A stretch of 64,000 nt of DNA from Candidatus Bathyarchaeota archaeon (GTDB taxonomy: Archaea; Thermoproteota; Bathyarchaeia; Bathyarchaeales; Bathycorpusculaceae), in the NCBI GenBank assembly GCA_963828195.1, contig CAWHDT010000001.1, positions 64,001-128,000 on the forward strand, in the 5' to 3' direction. The notes beneath the pieces are model-generated. The model was not told the DNA's origin. It worked only from the letters and a program-made list of their open reading frames with translations, and did not search any database. Position 1 is the first letter of the stretch. Each line of letters starts with the position of its first letter. A program made the translations under genes and the position numbers. Shown here piece after piece: positions 18,252-28,554 of this stretch.

Positions 18252-19535
18252 ATGAGCACAAATGCACGGGAGACTTGTCGGGTTTGCGGATCAAGTAAAC
18301 TAACTCCAATATTTTCTCTGGGCAATCAGTTCATTACTAATTTTGTTGAAGATCCAAACGGCGATTATGCGAAAGGACCATTGGAGCTTGTTCTTTGCAA
18401 CGTTCAAGATGGGGGCTGCGGGCTACTCCAGTTAAAGCATACAGTAGACCGGGATGTTCTATACAGGAAATATTGGTACAGGTCCGGAATAAGTACAACA
18501 ATGATAAAAGCATTAGCCGATATTGTCTCTGCCGCCGAGAAATTGATTAAATTATCTTCCGGAGACTTGGTCATTGACGTTGGTGCAAACGATGGAACAT
18601 TGCTGAGACAATACAAGACTCCAGAGTTGATAACGGTCGGTTTTGAGCCCTCGAACCTATGGAAATTAGGAACCGAGGGATGTTGCAAAATAATTAATGA
18701 CTATTTTAATCGTTCATCATTCCAAAATGAATTTGGAAACAAAAAAGCAAAAGTGATAACCAGCATATCCATGTTCTACGATTTGGAGGACCCAAACGCC
18801 TTTGTCGATGACATAAGCAAGTGTTTAGACAAAGATGGTTTATGGATTATACAGATGAATTATTTGGGGTTAATGTTGGAAAACAACACATTTGACAACA
18901 TCAGCCATGAACATCTTGAATATTATTCGCTGTTATCGCTTTCAAATCTTTTGAAGAAACACGAAATGGATATTTTTGATGTTGAACTTAATGACGTGAA
19001 CGGCGGAAGCTTCAGAGTCTACATTAAGCAAAAGACGGGATGCATAAACGGTTTTTCTGGGCACGCAAAAAGACTTGAAAAACAGATTAGATACGAAGAA
19101 AAAATGGGTTTTGAGGATAGCAAGGTTTATGATAAATTCGGAGAACGGGTGGAAAAAACCAAACATGACTTATTGGCATTTCTAAATCAAGAAGTAAAGA
19201 AAGGAAAGAAGATATTCATCTATGGAGCTTCCACTCGCGGTTTGGTGGTCCTCCAATACGTAGGGATTGACAAAAAGCTTGTTGATGCAGCCGTTGACAA
19301 AAATCCTGACAAGTGGGGAAAATATATTGTTGGAACGGGTATCCCGATAATGCCAGTTGAAGAGTATAGAAAAGAAAAGCCAGACTACTTGTTCGTTTTA
19401 CCTTATCATTTTATCGAAGAAATTAAGGTTCAGGAAAAAGATTTTCTCAAAAATGGCGGAAAAATGATTGTTGCAATACCCGAGTTTCGAATAATCTCTT
19501 GGGACAATACTTTAAACGAATTTACTTCTGTCTAA
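18252..19535 (+). CDS. NDP-sugar C-methyltransferase (Zn-binding N-terminus, TcaB9/MtmC-like)
   Basis: CRVCG...C..CGLLQL Zn site, DVGANDG, ISHEHLEYYS, GGSFR, YGASTRG, PDYLFVLPYHF. Confidence 0.88.
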   Translation: MSTNARETCRVCGSSKLTPIFSLGNQFITNFVEDPNGDYAKGPLELVLCNVQDGGCGLLQLKHTVDRDVLYRKYWYRSGISTTMIKALADIVSAAEKLIKLSSGDLVIDVGANDGTLLRQYKTPELITVGFEPSNLWKLGTEGCCKIINDYFNRSSFQNEFGNKKAKVITSISMFYDLEDPNAFVDDISKCLDKDGLWIIQMNYLGLMLENNTFDNISHEHLEYYSLLSLSNLLKKHEMDIFDVELNDVNGGSFRVYIKQKTGCINGFSGHAKRLEKQIRYEEKMGFEDSKVYDKFGERVEKTKHDLLAFLNQEVKKGKKIFIYGASTRGLVVLQYVGIDKKLVDAAVDKNPDKWGKYIVGTGIPIMPVEEYRKEKPDYLFVLPYHFIEEIKVQEKDFLKNGGKMIVAIPEFRIISWDNTLNEFTSV

Positions 19536-19567
19536 GCATTCATTTTTCACTTCCGGCTTATTTGAGA

Positions 19568-20851
19568 TTATTTTGTCTTGCGACGTGTAATTTCCTCTAA
19601 AAATACGGCTTCAACATTTTTGGCGTAATTTTGCCATGACAAGTTTTCTTTGACATATTCATAAGCGTTTTCACCAATTGTTTTACAAAGCTTGGGTTTC
19701 TCTATCAATATTTCGATTTGTTCTGCAATCTTCTCAGGTGTATCTTTGTCGATAATTATCCCGTTTACGTAATCTTGTATGATCTCTGCCGTTCCGACTT
19801 GCTTAGAAATTATTACGGGTTTACCAGCGGCCATGGCTTCAGTTACCACTAATCCCCAGGGGCTTGCTGATGAAGGATAGACAAAAACATCACAGGCAGC
19901 GTAAACTTCTGCAAGTTCAACATCGCTGTGGCTGTTAAGTAGCAGAACTTTGTCTTTTAAACCCAATTCTTCACTAAGTTTTGTTAAAAAGTCCCGCTCC
20001 CTGTAAGTATCAAGTATCAGTCTAACGTTGCTGTATTTCTTAGAAAGGATTGCCAGTGCCCTGATCAGATTGGATCTTTTCGCGTAAGTGCTGCCGCCAA
20101 CGAACAAAAGAATAAAAGATTTCTCGAGATCGTATTTTTTTCTCAAGCCTCCTCCTTTAGCGTTGTGAAATAGCTCAGCGTCTACGCCTGTTCTCACAAT
20201 CCTGGATGATCGCCCATAGGCATTTCTAACATACTTTTCAGAAACATGGGACAACACCATAATTTCATCAATATAGTTCACTGTTGTTCTGTCAATTATT
20301 TCAAACATTGGCCAGTTAATTTTTCTGAAGCGTGATTTATCGGGGGCAAAGAACCAGGAGATTGGTTCATTGCACATCCACACAAGAGGCACTTTAAGCC
20401 TATTCTTCGCGACAAAACCAGCCCAGTTGGTGAAAATATTGTGGTTATTAATTATGTCAAATCTCTTCGGTATTTTCCTGCCCATTTCAATCATATAAGG
20501 AAGATGATTAACGTAATATTGACCGAGCCAAAGCTTACGCACTCTTCTTCTAATTTTTCCAAAATGGGCTGCTTCTTGAACCCTTTTTTGCGGTATTTGC
20601 GTAATCTTGGGCGGAAGAATATAAGGAATCCACTCAGGAGGCAGTTTTCCAGCAAGTGGATAATGAATTACGTTTAATTTTACTTTGTCAAAAAACTCAG
20701 GGTATGTTTCAAGGTTAACGCTGTTAGTGAAAATTTCAACTTCATGGCCCATTTTTTGCAACTCAATTGCCAGCCTTAGAATCTGTCTTTCGCCCCCAGA
20801 GCGTGCTTCAAAGGGTGTATGAATCAAGGCTATTCGCATGGCAATGATCAC
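19568..20851 (-). CDS. Glycosyltransferase family 4
   Basis: SGGERQ, CDVFVYPS, PWGLVVTEAMAAGKPVI. Confidence 0.9.
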   Translation of the reverse strand: MIIAMRIALIHTPFEARSGGERQILRLAIELQKMGHEVEIFTNSVNLETYPEFFDKVKLNVIHYPLAGKLPPEWIPYILPPKITQIPQKRVQEAAHFGKIRRRVRKLWLGQYYVNHLPYMIEMGRKIPKRFDIINNHNIFTNWAGFVAKNRLKVPLVWMCNEPISWFFAPDKSRFRKINWPMFEIIDRTTVNYIDEIMVLSHVSEKYVRNAYGRSSRIVRTGVDAELFHNAKGGGLRKKYDLEKSFILLFVGGSTYAKRSNLIRALAILSKKYSNVRLILDTYRERDFLTKLSEELGLKDKVLLLNSHSDVELAEVYAACDVFVYPSSASPWGLVVTEAMAAGKPVIISKQVGTAEIIQDYVNGIIIDKDTPEKIAEQIEILIEKPKLCKTIGENAYEYVKENLSWQNYAKNVEAVFLEEITRRKTK

Positions 20852-20865
20852 TCAGCGTCCTATGA

Positions 20866-21126
20866 ATGAAGATTTCAAAGTTTAAATATTTCTATGTCTT
20901 TCTTGAAGACAAACTGGTTAGCGCAGGCATTTATGTTTTTAACCGCGCAATCACTAAATACCTGCCAGAGATTGGATCAATTGAAAAAACAACCTTTCCC
21001 ACTCTTGCAGAAAGAAGACTCCTTAAGGCGTATAGACTAAGCAAAAATGAATTGAATCGGTCACCTCAGCTCAATCTAAGTCAGGGAATTGACAAAACCA
21101 TGGCATATTTCAGGAACCATAAATAG
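20866..21126 (+). pseudogene. Chimeric remnant: sugar-nucleotidyltransferase C-terminus joined to NAD-epimerase C-terminus
   Basis: VSAGIYVFN..SIEKTTFPTLA (nucleotidyltransferase-like) joined to SPQLNLSQGIDKTMAYF (epimerase tail). Confidence 0.6.
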
Positions 21127-21226
21127 ACAAGTGTTCAAAGGCAAAAGTGGCAGGTTGTCAGCTTGCTCACCCTTAACATGGCGGGTGATTCATTTTAACA
21201 ATTCTGCAAAACATTATTGGTTAACC

Positions 21227-22444
21227 TTAAGCTTCGTTTTCTGACTCAGAATCAACAATTCTGGTTGCAGTTTTAATCGGCAAGAAAGATTTCCATTTCT
21301 CTTTGAAATCAGCCAACGAAGCAAGGTACTCGGGTGAGTTTATGTCTCCTTTTAAGGTTCTGCTTTTATGCTGACAATTTATTTGTGTGGCAAGAACGTC
21401 GAACCCCTTAATGTATGCCTGCATGCAGAAGTCGGCATCATAGAAGTGGAAACGGAATCTTTCATCAAACCATAACCCTTGCCTAAAAACTGATGAGTGA
21501 GCAATTAGGCACTGGGCGTCAAGCGTTTGGACGAGGGCATCTTTAATCAACGGCGTGCCGATGGGTTCATTGTTGGTTTGAATTATTTGGCCAAGAGAAT
21601 ATTCTAATCCAAGACGTCCACCTATTGGACCATAAACTGATTCGGTGTCTTTCTCTTTCAAACGAAGAGCCAAGTCTTCCCGAAAAATAAAGTCTTGGTG
21701 ACAAAAAATAAACCAGGTATCCTCAGCCAAGTGGTTTCGAACGGTTTCGTTGTAAAACTTGGGAAGAGGCTCATTTTTCACGTTGTGGTACGCGATTGCT
21801 CGGTCGGGTGAAACAAACCTGCTTGAAGAAAAACACTTCTTAAAAATCTCTGGAATATTGTAAACCACAACAAATTTTGTCTCAGCGGAATCAAAACAGG
21901 GTCCAGTTTTCTTAAGCCAAGCTTCCATCTCAAGCGGAACCTTATGTATTCGCCTGGTCCATCTTTCAAAATGCCGTAGATGACGCCAAAGCGAAGTCTT
22001 CTGAATTTTTTTGGGAAAGATTTTCAGGAGTCTTCCACTGATTGGGTAATCGATAGTGTTGACGAACTGGACGCTTTCATAAGTTAGAGTTGCAGCTGCA
22101 TTCTGGAACCATTTTTCATCAAAACGGTAGATACGTCGGTGCACCGCCGCACCGCTTCCCCACTTGTAGAAGTACCGCACTATTGCTTTTCTTTTAGCAA
22201 CGCGGCACATTTCTTTCAGCATACGAAAAGGGTTAGGGACTTGCTCGATGATGAATGCGGAAAACGCAACATTAAACGCTTCATCTCTAAATGGCAGAAA
22301 AGCAGGGTCGGCGACGACAAAGTTTTTTGCTCTTTTTTTCAGGGAAGTCGGATGTCGGATGAGGTCTATGTTTACGTCGCCTTTCGGTTCGTTTCCTGAG
22401 CCGACGTCAAGAATGTTAAACTCTGCGGGATATTGTTCAGTCAT
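21227..22444 (-). CDS. Methyltransferase fused to a GT2-like glycosyltransferase domain
   Basis: ILDVGSG, LPFRDEAF, LKEMCRV; C-terminal FCHQD, QTLD, FDERFRFHFYDADFC. Confidence 0.78.
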   Translation of the reverse strand: MTEQYPAEFNILDVGSGNEPKGDVNIDLIRHPTSLKKRAKNFVVADPAFLPFRDEAFNVAFSAFIIEQVPNPFRMLKEMCRVAKRKAIVRYFYKWGSGAAVHRRIYRFDEKWFQNAAATLTYESVQFVNTIDYPISGRLLKIFPKKIQKTSLWRHLRHFERWTRRIHKVPLEMEAWLKKTGPCFDSAETKFVVVYNIPEIFKKCFSSSRFVSPDRAIAYHNVKNEPLPKFYNETVRNHLAEDTWFIFCHQDFIFREDLALRLKEKDTESVYGPIGGRLGLEYSLGQIIQTNNEPIGTPLIKDALVQTLDAQCLIAHSSVFRQGLWFDERFRFHFYDADFCMQAYIKGFDVLATQINCQHKSRTLKGDINSPEYLASLADFKEKWKSFLPIKTATRIVDSESENEA

Positions 22445-22516
22445 GCGGGACTTTCCGTTTTTTATTGACTAATTCAGCGACTTATTAATTATATGCTGTG
22501 ACCGAAGCGGCAGCGT

Positions 22517-24016
22517 TTATTTTACGAACAGTTTCAACCGCATTTTATTTCTGCTCGCCCAGTTCAAAACTGGAATAAGCGGACCCTTAAGCCACTGGGG
22601 CAAAGCATCTTTAAAGTCCATGTGCAAGCCTAAGCGCATGGCAACTCTGCCCTTCCACGTTAAGGGCACATAGTAACGTGTTATCGGAAATTTGGAAAAC
22701 CCGTTGCTTTCTTTAAATTTATCAAGTGAGGGGTGGTTTCCTATTCTGCCATACATCAGCCACCGCTCGCCCTTGGACGCGCAGACTTCAACCGCTTTAG
22801 CAAGAAGCGCGTTGTTTACCGATTTATCCCAGTGCTTCTGCATCGAAAGAATCTGGGAAATAATAGCGATGCTATCCCCATAGATAATTTGGATAAATCC
22901 GACCAGGTCTTCGTCCAAAAAAGCCCCAATGAAAGTGGAGTTTTGAACGGCAGAAAGGTTGCGGGAAACTGTTTCTTTCGATTCGCCGTAATGTGAAAAA
23001 GCGCGCTCTTGCCTTATCGGTGTTTCATTATATATTTTCCATACCCCTTCACTGAATTCCGCGTTTGGCTCAACCACATCTACTTTTACACCGCTTTTCT
23101 CAGCTCGCCGAACCATGTTGCGGGTTTTTTTTCCAACCGAGTTCCACCAACCGTCATAGTCTTTTATTTCAAGCAAGCCAACGTTATCCTCGTTTTTTAT
23201 CCAAGCACTTGTAGCATTCGCGATGGGGCAGCACCATTTCCGCTCAAGAAACGTGAAAATATCGACGCCTCTGTCCTCCAGCTTCTCAACGAAAATGTCG
23301 GTTGGAACAATATTTTTTTCGTACTCTTGGATGTCGTGTGCTATTTTGAAGAATGCTTTCTCTTTTACTTGTACAGTGTCAAACTCTTTGTCCACGTCCA
23401 AAATGCTCTTCAGCACATGATAAAAAGGTCCCCTGTGGCTTGCTCCCCCTTGCTTAAATAGCCAGTCAGGATGTATGGAAAACACTTTCCCTTGACTAAT
23501 GTATTCTTCAGCTCGTTTTTTACCGACATCGACACCTTCGTTACCAATCACAGTATCTAAACTAAAGGTTTCAAAATCAGGGAGAATCTTGAGTGGAAAG
23601 TCACTGGGGATGTTTGCTTGTTTTTGCCCGATTTTCCGTCCCCATATCAACTGAGCAATTAACCGTGATGTTCCGTGAATGGTGTAGTACTCAACGGTTC
23701 GGTTGGTTTCATTCTCCAAGATTTTCCATTCGCGGTAAGGGTCGTTTGCGACGTGCAAACCCACTTCCTGCGTACTTGGATTTAACAAATCTAAAAGTTT
23801 TTTGTCGGGAATTGTGTAGGGCGTAAAAAACCAGTAAGCCATAACCTGCTTTGGCGACTCATCAATCATCCTGGCGATGATGCGGGCATTTCTGAGGTAG
23901 TCTTTACCTGTTCTTTTTTTGATTCCTAAAACTATGTAAAGAAAACTTTTAGCCCTTGACGGGTAAGGATAATCTACGTCGACTCTTAGATTTATCATTG
24001 CTTCTTCATTTGCCAA
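22517..24016 (-). CDS. Polysaccharide-deacetylase-like domain fused to GNAT/FemAB-like domain
   Basis: LRVDVD, EVGLH, TIHG, SIHPDW; then KKTRNMVRRAEKSGV, LDKFKESNGF. Confidence 0.72.
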   Translation of the reverse strand: MANEEAMINLRVDVDYPYPSRAKSFLYIVLGIKKRTGKDYLRNARIIARMIDESPKQVMAYWFFTPYTIPDKKLLDLLNPSTQEVGLHVANDPYREWKILENETNRTVEYYTIHGTSRLIAQLIWGRKIGQKQANIPSDFPLKILPDFETFSLDTVIGNEGVDVGKKRAEEYISQGKVFSIHPDWLFKQGGASHRGPFYHVLKSILDVDKEFDTVQVKEKAFFKIAHDIQEYEKNIVPTDIFVEKLEDRGVDIFTFLERKWCCPIANATSAWIKNEDNVGLLEIKDYDGWWNSVGKKTRNMVRRAEKSGVKVDVVEPNAEFSEGVWKIYNETPIRQERAFSHYGESKETVSRNLSAVQNSTFIGAFLDEDLVGFIQIIYGDSIAIISQILSMQKHWDKSVNNALLAKAVEVCASKGERWLMYGRIGNHPSLDKFKESNGFSKFPITRYYVPLTWKGRVAMRLGLHMDFKDALPQWLKGPLIPVLNWASRNKMRLKLFVK

Positions 24017-24076
24017 CTAAGGGAAAATACTAGTTTAGTTATAAACCCTCTGTCAAATAAACCGATTTTGAATTTG

Positions 24077-25003
24077 CTATAATTTGCCTATTGATTCAAG
24101 TACATTTTGCCGAATGTAGTAGCTTTGGATGTTTGGGTTGGAAATAAAATCTTGCATTATTTTAGGGTGGTCTTCCTTATTTACAACTCCGAAGGCAGGA
24201 TAATTAACGCCGCCTAATTGTGATCTAAATAAATCGGAGGTTTGTTGCCAAAAAAAACTAGGATCACCCACTTTATCTTTAAGCAGTTCAACAGTGTCTT
24301 TAAATTTTGGCATACCGAACATTTCAGCGTGATTTTTGATTTTCTCAATGAAGTCGCGCGGAAAAAGGGAATAATACCTGAAAACTGGTTTGGATAAATA
24401 TAAGGTTCTTGAAAGAAGGTTGCTGCATGAATTTACATAAGTCCACTCGATGCCTCTTCCAAGATAATTGAGAAGCTTTTTTGGATTTCGTAAACTTTTC
24501 GCGGCTTCAGAAGCAATGAAGGCTTTGCTTGGACCCAGTGCCCATGCATCCCCAATCGCAACTATACCGTTTAGGTTCTTGGAGAATCTTAATCGAAATT
24601 CTTCAGCGTATTTGTAGTTTCCCATCAAATGCAAATAGGGAAAGCAGAATGTGTTAACTTGAGGCAACATTTCTGGCAAGTCTCTAATAAAACCAACATC
24701 TGCTTCGTGAACTATCTCGTTGGCTTGAATATAAAATATGTACTCGCCTCTGCACTTTTTACGCAGCGCGTTTGTAGCATCGGTTAAAACGGTTACGCTT
24801 TTTGCATCAAGCCAGTTGTACCTGAAAATCTTGATTTTCTTGTTCGAAAGCGACATCTGCCTAAGCAATTCAAATGTTCCGTCCGTCGAGTAGCCGTCTG
24901 ATATCAAGAATTCATCGCATATTGGCAGGGCTGAGGCAATAGCTTCTGGAAAAGGATAGCCTTGTTTCAAAGCATTCTTAAGTATCATAAAACCTGAAAT
25001 CAT
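24077..25003 (-). CDS. Glycosyltransferase family 2-like
   Basis: ISGFMILKN..YPF.EAIASALPICDEF..DGYSTDGT; YIQANE at DxD position. Confidence 0.8.
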   Translation of the reverse strand: MISGFMILKNALKQGYPFPEAIASALPICDEFLISDGYSTDGTFELLRQMSLSNKKIKIFRYNWLDAKSVTVLTDATNALRKKCRGEYIFYIQANEIVHEADVGFIRDLPEMLPQVNTFCFPYLHLMGNYKYAEEFRLRFSKNLNGIVAIGDAWALGPSKAFIASEAAKSLRNPKKLLNYLGRGIEWTYVNSCSNLLSRTLYLSKPVFRYYSLFPRDFIEKIKNHAEMFGMPKFKDTVELLKDKVGDPSFFWQQTSDLFRSQLGGVNYPAFGVVNKEDHPKIMQDFISNPNIQSYYIRQNVLESIGKL

Positions 25004-25168
25004 TTTTCTTGTAACCTGATTTCAATAAAACTTAGCATCTATTTAATACTTGTCTGATTTCTGCAAGCTTCACCAGTTTTTTTGGTTTTTGCTTTGCCAG
25101 TATTCAATTAGCCTTTAAATTTCTTCAAGTATCCCCGAATCCCGATGATAGGGAAAACTGAAGAGAGC

Positions 25169-26302
25169 TTAGCCGATTAAGGTTTCAACATGCGACCATA
25201 TGCCATTTTGGAATTCTTCTGGATTAAGAACTGAAATCTTATCCCACAATGTCTTACGTTTATTTTCCCAACTTGCTGTTTCATCGTCTGATTCCATGTA
25301 TCTGACGATTTTTTCCTTCAAATCATCATATGTTTCCCATCGAAATTCATCGGGAATAAACTCTTTCATTCCCCCACTGTTGTGAACTAACGTAACGCAC
25401 CCGCTTGCTAACCCTTCCACTGGGGCTATGCCGAAGTGCTCTCCCACCATTAAATGAACGTACATTCGGGAGTCGTGAAGCATTTTGACTAAATCTGGTC
25501 CAGGAAGGTTAGTTTTTAGAGCATAGTTCGGGGGCAGATTTTCCGAGAATTTGTTAAACCAGCTCTTTTCCGCATCGATTAATCCGCCAACGCTTACAAA
25601 CTCGTATGATGGTAAATCAGAAGCTAACTTTTTCATGATTTCGTGTCTTTTCACAGGAATAAAACGGGCAACGTAGATTACTCTTTTGCGTCGTTCAGAC
25701 AGGGGCGCATCGCACCAAAAACTATCCAAGTTTACCGGCGGATAAACAACAATCGGGTCTTTAACGCCGTGACTTTTCCAGAAGCACTCAATCATTTCTC
25801 GGGTATAGTTGCTGTTGCAGAAAACCATGTCGAGTTTACTTATTCCCTGTTCGACCCACTTCTTGAACAGCCAAAGGTAAAGTCTCCGTCTCAATCTAGC
25901 CGTAGCGTAGTCGAAGTGTATTTCTGGAAAGTGGACGTAAGCAATGTTTTTTTTCGCTTTATTTAGGAAAACAGGTTCAAACGGGGAGGAAGACTGCGTG
26001 GAAAACAAGTAATCATATTCTAAGCTGGATCTGTACTTTTTCAGTAATTCTACAAAATGTCGGCGTCTTTTGTAGATGGTAAATGGCGGCGCAACTTCAA
26101 TTCTTTTTCCTAGCGACCTAATGATTACGCTTTTAGGTAAATCTTCACCTACAATCTCTCTATATCGGTCAGCTTCAAAATCGAAAGTTAACAATTCAAC
26201 GTTTTGGCCGTTGGTAACTAGGGTTTTGATTACGTTGTGGCAGACCCTTTCGCCTCCGCCGTAAACGTCTAAGTATGGGTGAACCACTAGGAATTTTGCC
26301 AA
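25169..26302 (-). CDS. Glycosyltransferase family 4 (ALG11-like)
   Basis: GGGERV, YVHFP, CNSNYT, VVYPP, EHFGIAPVEGLASG..HNSGG. Confidence 0.9.
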   Translation of the reverse strand: MAKFLVVHPYLDVYGGGERVCHNVIKTLVTNGQNVELLTFDFEADRYREIVGEDLPKSVIIRSLGKRIEVAPPFTIYKRRRHFVELLKKYRSSLEYDYLFSTQSSSPFEPVFLNKAKKNIAYVHFPEIHFDYATARLRRRLYLWLFKKWVEQGISKLDMVFCNSNYTREMIECFWKSHGVKDPIVVYPPVNLDSFWCDAPLSERRKRVIYVARFIPVKRHEIMKKLASDLPSYEFVSVGGLIDAEKSWFNKFSENLPPNYALKTNLPGPDLVKMLHDSRMYVHLMVGEHFGIAPVEGLASGCVTLVHNSGGMKEFIPDEFRWETYDDLKEKIVRYMESDDETASWENKRKTLWDKISVLNPEEFQNGIWSHVETLIG

Positions 26303-26497
26303 GTCACTCGCCTGCTCGCTTACCTGTTGATTATTTACTAATGCATTATTTTAGCTAAACCCTAATGAGGTTGCGCTTATAAGCTTACATTGGAAAGGCA
26401 GTCATGCAGGCTTGCAAATTTAATCTGCACAGTTAATTACAGAAGATTAATTAAGCCAAATCTTCGATTTTTGTGATATCTGCTGGGAGGCTAAGGA

Positions 26498-27361
26498 TTG
26501 AAAGTTGATTTGGTCATGTGGACTTTAAACGGGGAAAAAACTTTGCCGCTTGTCCTTAGCCGCATCAATGAAGTCGTCCCTAAAGATGTTGTTAACCAAA
26601 AATTGATTGTTGACGACGGCAGCAAAGATAACACAGTTGCTATAGCAAGAAAATGCGGTTGGAACGTCATAAAAAACAAGGGCAAAGGAATAAGCGACGG
26701 CGCAAACACTGCGCTGAAACATGTCCAAACTAGCTATTTTTGCAGTTTCGAACAAGACGTTTTTTTATCCCGCGATTGGTGGAGTAAAGTTTCAGCTTTA
26801 ATTTTGAATAAAAAAGATGTGGGCGCCGCCTGTGGACTGCGTTTCCTTCCCCGAAGCAACTTCTGCTTCAGCATTGAACCCTATCAGCTAACACGGAAAG
26901 ACGTTGATTTCTACGGCGGTTTCGGAAAAACATTAGACAACACGATTTGGAACACAGATGCGTTGAGGTCTGTAGGCGGATTTCCGAAGGTTAATTTTGC
27001 CGGCATCGACACCTTTGTTCTTAATTTGCTTGAGTCAAAAGGGTACAGTTGGCTGGTGGATTATGATGTTAAAAGCTTACATCTGCATTATGGCGGCGTT
27101 TGGAGTGAGTTTAAACATTACTATTTTTATGGATTAAGCTTGCCTCAGATTTACAGCCGCCTAAGAAACATGCGTGCCTTCTACCAAAATGAAAATGTAA
27201 GCAACCTTTTTCTAAGATTTGTGAAGTCGCCAGTTTCGAGTTTAAAGATGTCTTTGCGGATGCATGATTCCCGATTGATGCTGTGTTACCCCATAATCAG
27301 GTTATGTTGGCTCTTAGGGTACATTCGCGGGACGAGTTGGCAAAATAAGCCAATAAAATGA
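26498..27361 (+). CDS. Glycosyltransferase family 2
   Basis: IVDDGSKDNT, ANTALK, SFEQD, LRSVGGFP. Confidence 0.87.
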   Translation: MKVDLVMWTLNGEKTLPLVLSRINEVVPKDVVNQKLIVDDGSKDNTVAIARKCGWNVIKNKGKGISDGANTALKHVQTSYFCSFEQDVFLSRDWWSKVSALILNKKDVGAACGLRFLPRSNFCFSIEPYQLTRKDVDFYGGFGKTLDNTIWNTDALRSVGGFPKVNFAGIDTFVLNLLESKGYSWLVDYDVKSLHLHYGGVWSEFKHYYFYGLSLPQIYSRLRNMRAFYQNENVSNLFLRFVKSPVSSLKMSLRMHDSRLMLCYPIIRLCWLLGYIRGTSWQNKPIK

Positions 27362-27404
27362 AAAATTGAAATTCCCCGATGCGTTGCTGAAAAAACTCTA
27401 TTAA

Positions 27405-28349
27405 CTATTTCTTGAATTCTTCAAAAAGCATCTGCAACCCTTTTTTTAAATCGACGGTAGCGCTGAAACCTAAGGTTTCTTTAGCCTTAGCTGGGTCGCC
27501 ATAGCTGTCTCGTATGTCGCCTATCCTTGCAGGTCCATGCTTAACTTCGGGTTTTTTTCCCGCAACATCCTTCAAAGAAGACACAAGCTGATTAATGCTT
27601 GTGGGAACGCCCGTACAAACATTAAAAGCCTCGCCTTTCAATCCATCAGTCTCCAGAGCCAAAACAACGGCGTTAACAACATCACTTACATGTATGAAAT
27701 CTCGAGTCTGCTCTCCGTCGCCGTCGATGGTTAAGGCTTCGCCGTTTATTATTTTTTTAATGAACTTTGTGATAACGCCGCTGTAAGGGCTGTTTTCGCT
27801 TCTTAAACCGTAAATATTGAAAAACCTCAATGCAACCGCGTCAACCCCAAAGCAGCTTGCGAATGCACTGCAATAAGCTTCACCAGCAACTTTTGAGGCA
27901 GCGTAGGGAGAAATCGGGTGAACAGCAAAACTTTCTTGAATTGGAAGGGTCTTCACGTCGCCGTAAACCGCGGTTGAAGAGGCAAAAACAAACTTCTTTA
28001 CTTCATGCTTGATTGATGCGTGGAGCATATTGAAGGTTCCATCTACGTTAACTTCATGATTTTTAATCGGGTCAGCAACAGAAGCAGATATGTCAATTAA
28101 GGCAGCAAGATGAATGACAGATTCAACCCCTTCAAAAACGTCTTGCAGAATAGTCTTATCAAGTATGTCTCCGCGTTTAAAACGAAGCTTAGGATGGTCA
28201 ATTACTCCACTTAGATTCTCTAACTTTCCAGCAGATAAATTATCCAGCACGGTTACAGAGTAGCCTAATTTAAGAAGACGGGGAACCAAATGTGAGCCGA
28301 TGAAACCTGCGCCGCCAGTCACGAGAACGCTTCTGCGAGTTTTGTTCAT
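27405..28349 (-). CDS. NAD-dependent NDP-sugar epimerase (GalE/WbpP-like)
   Basis: VTGGAGFIGSH, ASSTAVYG, YAASK, LRFFNIYG, QTRDFIHV. Confidence 0.93.
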   Translation of the reverse strand: MNKTRRSVLVTGGAGFIGSHLVPRLLKLGYSVTVLDNLSAGKLENLSGVIDHPKLRFKRGDILDKTILQDVFEGVESVIHLAALIDISASVADPIKNHEVNVDGTFNMLHASIKHEVKKFVFASSTAVYGDVKTLPIQESFAVHPISPYAASKVAGEAYCSAFASCFGVDAVALRFFNIYGLRSENSPYSGVITKFIKKIINGEALTIDGDGEQTRDFIHVSDVVNAVVLALETDGLKGEAFNVCTGVPTSINQLVSSLKDVAGKKPEVKHGPARIGDIRDSYGDPAKAKETLGFSATVDLKKGLQMLFEEFKK

Positions 28350-28554
28350 AATGCTCTTTCAACGTTTATGAATTAAAATTAATATTGCTTTCGCATAAGA
28401 TTTAATTTAGAAAAAAATTATCTTAGTTCATTCAAGCTTTGATCCCCAAGTATTATTGTCATAATGCTTAGCCCGGCTTTTTCGATTATAAATAGCATAC
28501 GCTATAGCTTACAGAAAATCTTGTTTTACGTTGTTTTTTGGTTATCGCCCTTCA

